Assembly: GCA_045536565.1 (NCBI GenBank)
Contig: JAZSNU010000006.1
Location: 1-42,241 of the forward strand
Origin: Clostridia bacterium
GTDB taxonomy: Bacteria > Bacillota > Clostridia > TANB77 > CAG-465
Direction of reading: 5' to 3'
Length of the DNA stretch: 42,241 bases
Positions 27,138 through 37,540 of this stretch are shown in pieces. The translations under genes were made by a program, and so were the position numbers. The notes below the pieces were generated by a model, which was given only the letters and a program-made list of their open reading frames with translations, did no database searches and had not been told where the DNA came from. Each line of letters opens with the position of its first letter. Position 1 is the stretch's first letter.

Positions 27138-27935
27138 ATGGAAACAATGAGTTATAACAAAATAAAAAAGAAAAATAATAATATTGGTGTATATGCCTTT
27201 TTCCTATTTATAACACTAGGAACAGGCTTAATTGCTTATTCAATAATTAATGAGCCAGAACCTATTGTATTAGGTCAAGACCCTTTAAAAAACATTGAAA
27301 TATACGAAGAGGTTTCTGAGGAAACTATGAGTAATGAAACAATAAATGTTGATGAAATCACCTGTAAAGTTGAAGAAAAAGCAAGTAGCAGTAAAGAGGG
27401 TAATTTTAGTATTAACATGACACTTCCTGTGATTAGTATAAATGGTGTAAATGTAGAAGAAATAAATTCTAAAATAGAAACCCATTATAATGAAAGAGTA
27501 AAGGCCTTATCTGAACAAATGAAATCTGCTGAAAATAAATTTACATATAAGGTAACACATAAAGTTTATGAAAACAAAGTTGGAGAAAAAAGAATAGTAT
27601 CTATAACAATCCACGAAAGAATAATAGATAATGCCTTAGGGTCAACTACAACAGATAGAGTAGATGCATATAACATTGATATTGCAGAAGAAAAATTACT
27701 TTCACAAGAAGATGCAGCGATTGAAGTGCTTGGCTCAAATTATTCTGCACTAATTCGTGATCAAATAAAAAATACAGTAATTGCTTCAAAAATGATAGAA
27801 GAAAGTAAATATAATTATGTAGTGACAGGGTTAGAACAATTCTATATCAAAGAAAATAAATTTCATATCTTGCTAAATGAAAACGAAGTAGTAGATAAAA
27901 GTTATGGCGTTGTTGATATAGAAATAACTAAATAA
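27138..27935 (+). CDS. membrane-anchored extracellular protein, possibly PdaC/RsiV-like (DUF4163/DUF3298)
   Basis: Basic N-terminus + single TM; pattern LPVI...INSKI...YKV...IVSITI...YNIDI...LLS; AGGAG RBS. Confidence 0.55.
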   Translation: METMSYNKIKKKNNNIGVYAFFLFITLGTGLIAYSIINEPEPIVLGQDPLKNIEIYEEVSEETMSNETINVDEITCKVEEKASSSKEGNFSINMTLPVISINGVNVEEINSKIETHYNERVKALSEQMKSAENKFTYKVTHKVYENKVGEKRIVSITIHERIIDNALGSTTTDRVDAYNIDIAEEKLLSQEDAAIEVLGSNYSALIRDQIKNTVIASKMIEESKYNYVVTGLEQFYIKENKFHILLNENEVVDKSYGVVDIEITK

Positions 27936-27971
27936 ATTAAAAAATATTATTAATAGATAGGAGGAAAAAAC

Positions 27972-28070
27972 ATGAATAAAAATAGTAAGGCGTTTAAAAT
28001 ATTAATTTGGGCATTAATCGCTATGATGATAATACCAACATTTATATCATTAATATATTTTGTTATTTAA
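27972..28070 (+). CDS. 32-aa single-TM small protein (absent from ORF track)
   Basis: AGGAGG RBS (27959-27964), ATG 27972, MNKNSKAFKILIWALIAMMIIPTFISLIYFVI*; fills the gap before cdaA. Confidence 0.8.
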   Translation: MNKNSKAFKILIWALIAMMIIPTFISLIYFVI

Positions 28071-28080
28071 TTAAAGAAGG

Positions 28081-28962
28081 GTGATTGTTATAATGAAAAA
28101 TTTATGGAATATAATAGTGGATTTTATGTATAAATTAAAAGATGTTTTAGAGCTTACAAGTGCATGGAGAGTTGTTGCTCTTGTAGTAGATATTACATTA
28201 GTTGCTTTTATAGTTTTTTATGTTATAAGAATTATAAAGCAAACAAGGGCTATGCAAATAGTAAAGGGAATATTAATATTATTTATTCTTATGATAGTAA
28301 GTAAAGCATTAAATCTTGTTATACTTGATTTCATACTTACAAATGTAATGACATATGGAATGCTATTATTTATAGTTGTATTTCAACCAGAACTTAGAAA
28401 TGCATTTGAAAAGTTAGGAAGAAAGAAGATTGTAGATATATTTGACTTTGATGATAAATTGAAAAACAAGCAAATTGTATCTGAGATTGTAAAGGCTGTT
28501 GAAATAATGTCATTAAAGAAAATAGGTGCACTTATTGTTATAGAACAAAGTACTAAGATTGCAGATATTGCAAGAGAAGGTGTAGATTTGTCTGCAAAAG
28601 TGTCTTCTGAACTTTTACAAACAATATTTATACCAAGAACACCACTTCATGATGGAGCAGTTGTAATAGGAGAAAATAAGATAAAGGCAGCAAGTTGCGT
28701 GCTTCCACTTGCTTCTGAAAATGTGGTTCCTAAAAATTTAGGAACTAGACATAGAGCAGCAGTTGGTATGAGTGAAGTATCAGATGCGCTTGTAATTGTT
28801 GTATCAGAAGAAACAGGAACAATTTCTTTCGTTGAAAGTGGAAAAATGAAGAGAGATTTAACAGGCGAAAAATTAACTGCTATATTATTAAAAGGAATGG
28901 ATAGAAATAAAGATAAAATAGTTGCAACAAAAATGAAGGAAAGTATCCGTAGTCAGCAATAA
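28081..28962 (+). CDS. cdaA: diadenylate cyclase CdaA/DacA
   Basis: 3 TM, VFQPELR, GALIVIE, TPLHDGA, LGTRHRAA, VSEETG; start GTG 28081 or ATG 28093. Confidence 0.95.
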   Translation: MIVIMKNLWNIIVDFMYKLKDVLELTSAWRVVALVVDITLVAFIVFYVIRIIKQTRAMQIVKGILILFILMIVSKALNLVILDFILTNVMTYGMLLFIVVFQPELRNAFEKLGRKKIVDIFDFDDKLKNKQIVSEIVKAVEIMSLKKIGALIVIEQSTKIADIAREGVDLSAKVSSELLQTIFIPRTPLHDGAVVIGENKIKAASCVLPLASENVVPKNLGTRHRAAVGMSEVSDALVIVVSEETGTISFVESGKMKRDLTGEKLTAILLKGMDRNKDKIVATKMKESIRSQQ

Positions 28963-29013
28963 TAGTAATATTTAATAGATAAATTCATATATATTATTCA
29001 TGAGGTGATATAT

Positions 29014-29898
29014 ATGAATACTATATTTGTTAAAGAAGTAACCAGTTCTGTTATGGGAAAAAATATAGTTAAATTGAATTTGGTTAATATTAGTGATAAT
29101 AACTATATTATTGAACTTAACATGAATAGTAAAAAATTAGCAGATATATCAACTATTATACAAAAAAAAGATAACATTCATGTTATAAATAAAAATAATG
29201 GAATAAAAAGTAAAATACAAGAAATACAAAAAGAAATAACTTTAAAGAAATTTAAAAAAGATATAAAGAAAATTGTAAACAAAAATGAATTAGTTGGATA
29301 TTCTGTTATCTTTTCAAATGAATTTAAAAAAAAGTATGTAAAACAATATATAGAAGAGTTACTTAATAATTTTAGCATTAATGAGTATTTATGTTTAAAT
29401 AGTATGAAACAAAATTATTTAAGATATATTGAAGAATATATCTTAAATAATAATATAAAAAAAGAAAATATTAATGTGTTATTGATTGCAAATGATTTAT
29501 CTAATATTGACATGGAAATTGTTGAAAAGTTAAATAATGAATATAAAGAGTTAAACATTTTTAGTGGTAATAAGCCTAGTAAAAGTTTTCAAAATAAAAT
29601 AAAGAAAATAAATGATGAAACAGGAGCCTTTATACAAATTTTAGGTAAAAATAGTAAAGATTTTAGGAAATATAATATTTGTGTTTTTATAGATAAATCA
29701 AGAGATGAATATTTAAAATATAAATTTAATAGGAAAGCATGCTATATAGATTTTACAAATAAAGAGAATGATAAATTTAATAAAAAATATTTAAAACTGG
29801 AAGAGGATATAAAAAGTAATAAATATTATAACAACAAGATAAGAGAATTATATGAATTATATGGAAAAATAACAGTGGCAAATGTTATTATAGACTAA
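29014..29898 (+). CDS. hypothetical Lys/Asn/Ile-rich protein
   Basis: Long ORF with GAGGTG RBS before ATG 29014; no family recognised. Confidence 0.65.
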   Translation: MNTIFVKEVTSSVMGKNIVKLNLVNISDNNYIIELNMNSKKLADISTIIQKKDNIHVINKNNGIKSKIQEIQKEITLKKFKKDIKKIVNKNELVGYSVIFSNEFKKKYVKQYIEELLNNFSINEYLCLNSMKQNYLRYIEEYILNNNIKKENINVLLIANDLSNIDMEIVEKLNNEYKELNIFSGNKPSKSFQNKIKKINDETGAFIQILGKNSKDFRKYNICVFIDKSRDEYLKYKFNRKACYIDFTNKENDKFNKKYLKLEEDIKSNKYYNNKIRELYELYGKITVANVIID

Positions 29899-29919
29899 AC
29901 AAAAAGAGGTGTTAAACAA

Positions 29920-30276
29920 ATGAAGGTTAATATAGAAACAATATATTTAACGGGTATAGTTATAGCAATAATGGTTATACTTGCTATAATTACTATAAAA
30001 AAACTAATAAACACAAGAAGCAAATTTACAACTTTTTTAATGGTTATAGAGGAAATAATAGTTGCTGTAACTGTGATTGGTACTTTTGCACTGGCATATT
30101 CTGCAATGGAAGATTATACTTCTTTTGTAAATAAGTATGGTAGTTTAAAAGATATTTTTACATATATTTCTATTTATTTTTGTGCATCTCAAATTGTAGT
30201 GCTATTTTTAATATCAATATATAAGGCAATAAATAAAAGAAGAAAATTTATAAAAAACAGAAGAATTATAAAGTAA
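29920..30276 (+). CDS. hypothetical 3-TM membrane protein
   Basis: GAGGTG RBS; three hydrophobic stretches, basic C-terminus. Confidence 0.7.
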   Translation: MKVNIETIYLTGIVIAIMVILAIITIKKLINTRSKFTTFLMVIEEIIVAVTVIGTFALAYSAMEDYTSFVNKYGSLKDIFTYISIYFCASQIVVLFLISIYKAINKRRKFIKNRRIIK

Positions 30277-30292
30277 GAAAGTAACATAAATA

Positions 30293-30321
30293 TTGACAAA
30301 TGTTAAAGTATGGAGTATATT
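30293..30321 (+). promoter_or_regulatory. sigma-A promoter for greA-lysS
   Basis: TTGACA(30293-30298)-17-TATATT(30316-30321). Confidence 0.6.
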
Positions 30322-30387
30322 ATATAAAGTTGATTAATAGATATACTATATGTCATATATAGTAAATATATTTAGGAGGAATAAACT

Positions 30388-30867
30388 ATGGAAGAAAAAG
30401 AAGCAGTATTACTTACTGAGGAAGGATATCAAAAATTAGAGGAAGAATTAAAATATTTAAAAGGTACTAAAAAAATGGAAGTTGCTGAAAGAATTAAAGT
30501 AGCAAGAGAGTTTGGAGATATATCAGAAAACTCTGAATATGATGAAGCTAAAAACGAGCAAGCTCAACTTGAAGCAAAAATAATAGAAATGGAAAATACA
30601 TTAAGAACAGCTAAAATAGTTGGAAAAATATCAACAAAATCAGTTGGAATTGGTGTAACAGTTACACTTTATGATTATGAATTTGATGAAAATGTTGAAT
30701 ATCATATAGTACCTGCAACAGAAGTTGATGTAATTGCAAGTAAAATTTCTATTGAATCACCAGTTGGTAAGGCTTTATTTGGTAAGAAAAAAGGTGAAGA
30801 AGTAGAAGTAGAAATTCCTGACGGAGTTGCAAAATATAGAATAGAAGATATTAAAAAGACTGTATAA
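30388..30867 (+). CDS. greA: transcription elongation factor GreA
   Basis: AREFGDISENSEYDEAKNEQ, ISIESPVGKAL. Confidence 0.97.
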   Translation: MEEKEAVLLTEEGYQKLEEELKYLKGTKKMEVAERIKVAREFGDISENSEYDEAKNEQAQLEAKIIEMENTLRTAKIVGKISTKSVGIGVTVTLYDYEFDENVEYHIVPATEVDVIASKISIESPVGKALFGKKKGEEVEVEIPDGVAKYRIEDIKKTV

Positions 30868-30891
30868 ATTTTAAGAAACGGAAGTGAAAAA

Positions 30892-32409
30892 ATGAGTAAC
30901 GAAAATGTAAATGTTAATAACGAAGAAATAACAATGGAAGATATGAATAAACTTGTAGAGGTAAGACTTCAAAAGTTAAAAGAATTACAAGAAAAAGGAA
31001 AGAATCCTTTTGAAATTACTAAATATAATAGAACACATACAAGTAAAGATGTTAAAGATAATTATGAAGAATTAGAAGGAAAAGATGTATCTGTTGCTGG
31101 AAGAATTATTGGTAAAAGGGTAATGGGTAAAGCTTCTTTTTGCCATATTCAAGATACTGATGGTAAAATACAAAGCTATGTTAGCACAAATGATTTAGGT
31201 GAGGAAGCATATAAAGAATTTAAAACTTATGATATTGGAGATATTATAGGTATAAAAGGTTTTGTATTTAAAACAAAGACAGAAGAAATATCTATTCATG
31301 CAAAAGAAGTGACTCTTCTTACAAAATCACTTAGACCACTTCCAGAAAAATGGCATGGATTAAAGGATCCTGATTTAAGATATAGACAAAGATATGTTGA
31401 TTTAATTGTAAATCCAGAAGTTAAAGAAACATTTATTTTAAGAAGTAAAATTATTAAAGAATTAAGAAGAATATTAGATGATAAAGGATATATGGAAGTA
31501 GAAACTCCTATGCTTACAACAGTAGCAACAGGAGATGCTGCAAGACCATTTGTTACTCATCATAATACACTTGATTTGGACATGTATTTAAGAATTGCAC
31601 CAGAGCTTAATTTAAAGAGAATTATAGTTGGTGGAATTGATAAAGTATATGAAATTGGTAAGAATTTTAGAAATGAAGGTATGGATATTAAGCATAATCC
31701 AGAGTTTACTAATATCGAGCTTTATTCTGCATACGAGGATTACAATGATATGATGGATATATCAGAAGAAATAATTTCAACAATAGCACAAAATGTTTTA
31801 GGAACAACTAAAATAAATTATCAAGGAACTGATATAGACTTAACTCCTGGTTGGAGAAGAGTATCTATGATAGATTCGATTAAAGAAGTTACAGGAATTG
31901 ACTTCAACAACATAAAAACTGATGAAGAAGCAAGAGCGTTAGCAGATGAAAAAGGTGTTGAAGTAGATCCTATAAAAAATACAAGAGGACATATAATAAA
32001 TGAATTCTTTGAAACTTTTGTTGAAGAAACATTAATTCAGCCTACATTTATAATTGATTATCCTGTTGAAGTATCACCTTTAACAAAGAGAAAACCATCA
32101 GATCCAAGTTTAGTTGAAAGATTTGAGCTGTTTATTGGTGGAAGAGAATATGGTAATGCTTATTCTGAACTTAATGATCCAATAGATCAACATGAAAGAT
32201 TTATGAAACAAGCAGAAGCAAAAGCATTAGGAGATGAAGAAGCAGGTGGAATGGATGAGGATTTCATTAATGCACTTGAAATTGGACTTCCTCCAACTGG
32301 TGGACTTGGAATAGGTTTAGATAGACTTATTATGCTTCTTACAAATAGTTATTCAATTAGGGATATATTATTCTTCCCAACAATGAAGCCTATGGCGAAG
32401 AAAGATTAG
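30892..32409 (+). CDS. lysS: lysine-tRNA ligase (class II)
   Basis: [23 protein letters not shown]...[30 protein letters not shown]. Confidence 0.97.
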   Translation: MSNENVNVNNEEITMEDMNKLVEVRLQKLKELQEKGKNPFEITKYNRTHTSKDVKDNYEELEGKDVSVAGRIIGKRVMGKASFCHIQDTDGKIQSYVSTNDLGEEAYKEFKTYDIGDIIGIKGFVFKTKTEEISIHAKEVTLLTKSLRPLPEKWHGLKDPDLRYRQRYVDLIVNPEVKETFILRSKIIKELRRILDDKGYMEVETPMLTTVATGDAARPFVTHHNTLDLDMYLRIAPELNLKRIIVGGIDKVYEIGKNFRNEGMDIKHNPEFTNIELYSAYEDYNDMMDISEEIISTIAQNVLGTTKINYQGTDIDLTPGWRRVSMIDSIKEVTGIDFNNIKTDEEARALADEKGVEVDPIKNTRGHIINEFFETFVEETLIQPTFIIDYPVEVSPLTKRKPSDPSLVERFELFIGGREYGNAYSELNDPIDQHERFMKQAEAKALGDEEAGGMDEDFINALEIGLPPTGGLGIGLDRLIMLLTNSYSIRDILFFPTMKPMAKKD

Positions 32410-32453
32410 TATGGAGTATCAGATTTAATAATGTAAACGAAAGGAATATTGAT

Positions 32454-32951
32454 ATGAAAGAAGAAATGAGTGATTTTCTAAAATTAGCATACAAACATAA
32501 TAAAGTTAAAGAAATAAAAGAAGCATTTGATGAGTATCCGGTTGAAAAAGAATGGCATGAAGGAAAGTTAGAAAATGTTTTAAAAGAAAACAATGTGTTA
32601 TATAATGTATGCTACAACATTGGTGATATTGTATTTGTTAAAGAATATACATATTCAGATGGTAAAAAGGGAAATAATCATTTCTTTGTTATAATAGATA
32701 AAGATAATACAGCAGTTCCTATTGAAAATTTTGGTATGCTTATATCTTCAAATTTAAATAAACTGAAATATAAAGCTAATAAATTGTTAGAAAAAGATAA
32801 AATAAATAATTTGAAAAAAGATAGTATAGTAAAAACAGATATAGTATATAAGATTCTAAACGAGCAAATAGTTTTTAAAATTGGAACCGTAGATAATGAG
32901 AAAGTTGAAGAATATAAAAAGAGTTTTTACGAAAATCTAAGTAATAGTTAA
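32454..32951 (+). CDS. PemK/MazF-like fold protein with ~50-aa N-terminal extension
   Basis: GDIVFV...H.FVII...GMLISS...NNLKKDSIVKTD.......IVFKIGTV pattern. Confidence 0.65.
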   Translation: MKEEMSDFLKLAYKHNKVKEIKEAFDEYPVEKEWHEGKLENVLKENNVLYNVCYNIGDIVFVKEYTYSDGKKGNNHFFVIIDKDNTAVPIENFGMLISSNLNKLKYKANKLLEKDKINNLKKDSIVKTDIVYKILNEQIVFKIGTVDNEKVEEYKKSFYENLSNS

Positions 32952-32956
32952 ATATT

Positions 32957-32998
32957 AAATGAGATATAAATAGAGTTGTTTATATCTCATTTGTTTTA
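32957..32998 (+). terminator. intrinsic terminator
   Basis: AAATGAGATATAAA/TTTATATCTCATTT perfect 14-bp inverted repeat followed by GTTTT. Confidence 0.8.
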
Positions 32999-33032
32999 TA
33001 CTTTAATTAATTCAAAAATATTATAAGTTTGG

Positions 33033-33061
33033 TTGCGGCAATAAGGTGTATATGATATAAT
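33033..33061 (+). promoter_or_regulatory. sigma-A promoter of the polysaccharide operon
   Basis: TTGCGG(33033-33038)-17-TATAAT(33056-33061) with extended -10 TG. Confidence 0.6.
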
Positions 33062-33095
33062 ATACGAGAAATAGACAAGCAAGTAGGGAGTTTGT

Positions 33096-34649
33096 ATGGA
33101 AAATAAAAAGAGATTAATGATAAATATTTTAGCAACTATAATTGCTTTTGTTGTTAATATGGGAATAAGTTTTTTCCTTACGCCTTATGTTGTAGAACAT
33201 ATAGGGGTAGAGGCTAATGGATTTTTTGGGCTTGCTAATAATTTTGTTCAATATGCTCAACTTTTCACTGTTGCACTAAATTCAATGGCCGGTAGATTTA
33301 TTACTGTAAAGATACATCAAAAGGACAACGAAGGGGCTAGTAGATATTTTTCATCGGTTATAATTGCAAATGTAATATTATCAATTGTTTTAACAGTTGT
33401 ATTTGGAATAATAATAGTATTTATAGATAAATTGTTTGATATATCGTATAACATGATAGCAGATGTTAAGCTATTATGGGTATTTATATTTTCTAATTTT
33501 ATATTAGGGATATTTACATCAATATATAGTACTGCTACATTTGTAAAAAACAGATTGGATTTATCATCACTTGCCAATATTATAGGATATACTATTAGGG
33601 CTGTTATTCTTATAATATGTTATATGTTTTTTGATGCAAATGTGGTATGGTATATGGGACTTGCTACATTCTTTTCAGGGTTATACTTGCTTATCGCAAA
33701 TATAAAATATAAAAAACAACTTGCACCTGAACTAAAATTTGATAAATCAAAATATGATTTTAAAGCAATAAAAGAACTTATATCATCAGGTATATGGAAT
33801 ACTATAACTAAACTAAGTTCAATATTATCAAGTGGATTAGATTTAGTAATATCTAACTTGTTTATAAATGCTAAGGCAATGGGGATACTTTCAATTTCGA
33901 AAATACTTCCAACAAATATATTGTCATTGTTTAGCACAGTTGGATATGTTTTTGCACCTGAATTAACTAAGTATTATGCTAAAAATGATTTTGAAAAAAT
34001 AAAAGAACAGTTATTTTATTCAATTAAATTTTTAGCAATGTTTTCTAGTATTGTAATGGCAGTATTATTTGCTTTTGGCCAAGAGTTTTATATGCTATGG
34101 CAACCAACACAAGATTCAATGCAGTTATATATACTGACAGTAATATCATGCTTGCAATTAGTGTTTTGTCTGCCGCTTGAACCACTATATAATGTGTTTA
34201 CGGCAACAAATAAAATAAAGACTTCATCAATTGCATTGATAATATCAAGTTCAACAACTATAATTACTGTTTTTATTGCTTTAAGATTTGCAACAACAGA
34301 GATGGCTAAGTTAATTATTATAGCTGGTACAAGTACTATAATGGAAATCATCAGGGTATTAGTGTTTTTACCTATATTTGGTGCAAAATATATCGGTTGT
34401 AAAAAAACAACTTTTTATCCATTAATACTTAAAAATGCTGTTTCTGTTATGCTACTTACAGCATTAGGATTTGGGATTAAATCAGTTTTCATACCAAATA
34501 CATGGATAAATTTATTATTAGTTGTTATTATACTAGGAATAGTAGGTTTGATTTTAAATGCAGTATTTTTATTAAATAAAGAAGATAGAATGAATTTTAT
34601 TAATAAAATAAAACACAAATTAAATTTAGGGAGGAATATAAATGGATAG
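33096..34649 (+). CDS. polysaccharide flippase (Wzx/MOP family)
   Basis: About 14 TM segments; ISFFLTPYVV..IGVEANG N-terminal pattern; first gene of a glycosyltransferase operon. Confidence 0.85.
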   Translation: MENKKRLMINILATIIAFVVNMGISFFLTPYVVEHIGVEANGFFGLANNFVQYAQLFTVALNSMAGRFITVKIHQKDNEGASRYFSSVIIANVILSIVLTVVFGIIIVFIDKLFDISYNMIADVKLLWVFIFSNFILGIFTSIYSTATFVKNRLDLSSLANIIGYTIRAVILIICYMFFDANVVWYMGLATFFSGLYLLIANIKYKKQLAPELKFDKSKYDFKAIKELISSGIWNTITKLSSILSSGLDLVISNLFINAKAMGILSISKILPTNILSLFSTVGYVFAPELTKYYAKNDFEKIKEQLFYSIKFLAMFSSIVMAVLFAFGQEFYMLWQPTQDSMQLYILTVISCLQLVFCLPLEPLYNVFTATNKIKTSSIALIISSSTTIITVFIALRFATTEMAKLIIIAGTSTIMEIIRVLVFLPIFGAKYIGCKKTTFYPLILKNAVSVMLLTALGFGIKSVFIPNTWINLLLVVIILGIVGLILNAVFLLNKEDRMNFINKIKHKLNLGRNING

Positions 34650-35436
34650 AATACCTAAGATAATTCATTATTGTTGGTTTGGAAGAGGGGTTTTACCAGA
34701 AGAATCTAAAAAATATATAGAAAGTTGGAAAAAGTACTGTCCAGAATATGAAATTAAAGAATGGAATGAAGATAATTTTGACATAAACAGTAATAGGTAT
34801 GTTAAAGAGGCTTATGAAGCAAAAAAATATGCATTTGTTACTGATTATGTAAGACTTTATGCTTTATATAACGAAGGCGGAATATATATGGATACTGATG
34901 TTGAAGTATTAAAACCGCTAGATGAATTTTTAAAACATCATGCTTTTTCTAGTTTTGAAAATAATGATTCTATTCCAACTGGACTTATGGCATCAGAAAA
35001 AAATGGGGAATGGGTAAAGAACTTACTGGATGAATATACGGATTTGTCTTTTATAAAAGAAGATGGGAGTTTTGATACTACAACTAATGTTGTAAGAATA
35101 ACTAATTTAACTGAACAAAAATATGGATTAGTAAGAAAGTCTTCATACCAAGATTTAGGTGCTGTTACATTGTATCCTCATGAATATTTTTGTCCAAAGG
35201 ATTGGGAAAGTGGTAATATATATGTTACAGAAAATTCTTATGCAATACATCATTTTAATGGTTCATGGCATACAAAAACGGATAAAAAATATGTTAAACT
35301 TAGAAGAAAACTAATAGAAAAATATGGTTATGAAAAAGGTAAAGAAAAATTCTTAAAAATAGTAAATAGAAATGTTAAAATTAAAAATATGATAAAGAAA
35401 CCTTTTAAAATATTATTATCATTTTTTTCAAAATAG
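34642..35436 (+). CDS. glycosyltransferase, GT32 (DXD) family
   Basis: IPKIIHYCWFG, YAFVTDYVRL, GGIYMDTDVE, IHHFNGSW. Confidence 0.92.
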   Translation: MDRIPKIIHYCWFGRGVLPEESKKYIESWKKYCPEYEIKEWNEDNFDINSNRYVKEAYEAKKYAFVTDYVRLYALYNEGGIYMDTDVEVLKPLDEFLKHHAFSSFENNDSIPTGLMASEKNGEWVKNLLDEYTDLSFIKEDGSFDTTTNVVRITNLTEQKYGLVRKSSYQDLGAVTLYPHEYFCPKDWESGNIYVTENSYAIHHFNGSWHTKTDKKYVKLRRKLIEKYGYEKGKEKFLKIVNRNVKIKNMIKKPFKILLSFFSK

Positions 35437-35450
35437 AGAGGAGAATATAT

Positions 35451-36548
35451 ATGAAAAAGGTAATGCTAGTTTTTGGTACTAGACCAGAGGCGATAAAAAT
35501 GTGTCCATTAGTAAATGAATTAAACAAAAGAGAGAACATTGAAACAGTTGTGTGTGTAACGGGACAACATAGACAAATGTTAGATCAAGTTTTACATACT
35601 TTTAATGTTGTTCCTAAATATGATTTAAACATAATGAAAGAAAAACAAACTTTATTTGATGTGACTGTAAACATATTAAATAATATAAAAGAGGTGCTTG
35701 ATATAGAGAAACCAGATGTGGTATTGGTACACGGTGATACAACTACAACATTTGTAACTGCACTAGCATGTTTTTATCTTCAAATACCAGTAGGACATGT
35801 TGAAGCGGGGCTTAGAACATATAATATATATTCACCGTACCCTGAAGAATTTAATAGACAAGCAGTAGGAATAATAGCTAAATACAATTTTGCTCCAACG
35901 ATTGCTTCTAAGAATAATTTAGTTAATGAAGGTAAAGATGAAACTACAATATATGTGACTGGAAATACGGCTATTGATGCTTTAAAAACAACAGTTAAAG
36001 AAGATTATAATCATCCTGAATTAGAGTGGGCAAAAGATAGCAGACTTATAATGCTTACTGCTCATAGAAGGGAAAATTTGGGAGAGCCTTTAAAGAATAT
36101 TTTTAAGGCTATAAGGAGAATAGTAGAAGAATATGAAGATATAAAAGTAATATATCCAATTCATATGAATCCGATAGTAAGAGAAACAGCACAAGAAATA
36201 TTAGGTAATAATGATAAAATAAGAATAATAGAACCTCTTGATGTATTAGATTTTCATAATTTCTTGGCTAAATCGTATATGATATTAACGGATAGTGGTG
36301 GAATACAAGAGGAAGCACCATCTCTTGGCAAACCTGTGTTAGTTTTAAGAGATACGACAGAAAGACCAGAGGGAGTAGAAGCCGGTACACTTAAATTAGT
36401 TGGTACAAACGAAGATACAATATATAATGAATTTAAGAAATTACTTGATGATAAAACTGAATATATGAATATGAGTAAGGCTTCAAACCCATATGGAGAT
36501 GGATTTGCATGTAAGAGGATAGCAGATATATTAGAAAAAGATATTTAA
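35451..36548 (+). CDS. wecB: UDP-N-acetylglucosamine 2-epimerase (non-hydrolysing)
   Basis: FGTRPEAIKM, TGQHR, VHGDT, HVEAGLR, PEEFNR, HRREN, TDSGGIQEEAP, TERPE, NPYGDG. Confidence 0.96.
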   Translation: MKKVMLVFGTRPEAIKMCPLVNELNKRENIETVVCVTGQHRQMLDQVLHTFNVVPKYDLNIMKEKQTLFDVTVNILNNIKEVLDIEKPDVVLVHGDTTTTFVTALACFYLQIPVGHVEAGLRTYNIYSPYPEEFNRQAVGIIAKYNFAPTIASKNNLVNEGKDETTIYVTGNTAIDALKTTVKEDYNHPELEWAKDSRLIMLTAHRRENLGEPLKNIFKAIRRIVEEYEDIKVIYPIHMNPIVRETAQEILGNNDKIRIIEPLDVLDFHNFLAKSYMILTDSGGIQEEAPSLGKPVLVLRDTTERPEGVEAGTLKLVGTNEDTIYNEFKKLLDDKTEYMNMSKASNPYGDGFACKRIADILEKDI

Positions 36549-36572
36549 TTATTAAACAATGGAGGATAAAAT

Positions 36573-37526
36573 ATGAATGATAAAATTTCAATAATTGTCC
36601 CTATATACAATGTAGAACAATATATTAGAAAATGTATAGAAAGTTTGATGGGTCAAACATACAAAAATATTGAAATAATTTTGGTAGACGATGGAAGTAA
36701 AGACAATAGCTATGAAATTTGTAAAGAGTATGCAGAGAAAGATGGTAGAATTAAATTAATACACAAAGAAAATGGTGGACTTTCAGATGCTAGAAATGTG
36801 GGAATAGAAAATGCAACTGGTGAGTATATAACTTTGCTAGATAGTGATGATTGGTTTAGTTATAATTTTTGTGAGATTATGCTTAAGGAAATAAAAGAAC
36901 AAAGTGCAGATATTGTTATGTGTGAAATGGAGCCGGTTTATACCGATGATTATAGTTTTAATATACCAAATGATTATACTAAACAAAACTATTCTAATTT
37001 GGAAGCACTTGAAAAGTTTGAAGATACACTTCATGTAGTTGCACAGGCTAAATTATATAAAAGAGAAATGTTTAATGAATTAAGGTATAAAGTGGGTAAA
37101 ATACATGAAGATGAATTTATGTTTCACAGAATGTTATTTCAAGCAAAAAAAATATGCTGCTTAAATCTTAAACTATATGCATATAGACAAAGAGAAAATA
37201 GTATAACGACTTCAAAATTTAATGTTAAAAGATTACATGGTGTTGAGGCGCTAGAAGATAGAATAGAGTTTTATGAAGAAAAAGAATTAACAAATTTGAA
37301 AAACAAAACAGAAGCAATTTATATGTTTTTAATGAAAAAATATATAAAAGTTTTAAATGAAAGTGATATAGAGGAAAAGGAAAAATACATTAAAGAATTA
37401 GAAGTAAAATTAAAAGATTACTATAGAAAGTGCAAAAAGACAAAATATTTATCTTTTAAATTTTATATTTTTTCAAAGTTGGCTGCTAAATCAGATAGAC
37501 TATTTAAATACTATGTATATAAATAA
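36573..37526 (+). CDS. glycosyltransferase family 2
   Basis: ISIIVPIYNVE, VDDGSKD, NGGLSDARN, LDSDD, HED. Confidence 0.92.
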   Translation: MNDKISIIVPIYNVEQYIRKCIESLMGQTYKNIEIILVDDGSKDNSYEICKEYAEKDGRIKLIHKENGGLSDARNVGIENATGEYITLLDSDDWFSYNFCEIMLKEIKEQSADIVMCEMEPVYTDDYSFNIPNDYTKQNYSNLEALEKFEDTLHVVAQAKLYKREMFNELRYKVGKIHEDEFMFHRMLFQAKKICCLNLKLYAYRQRENSITTSKFNVKRLHGVEALEDRIEFYEEKELTNLKNKTEAIYMFLMKKYIKVLNESDIEEKEKYIKELEVKLKDYYRKCKKTKYLSFKFYIFSKLAAKSDRLFKYYVYK

Positions 37527-37540
37527 TAGGGGGAATATGA

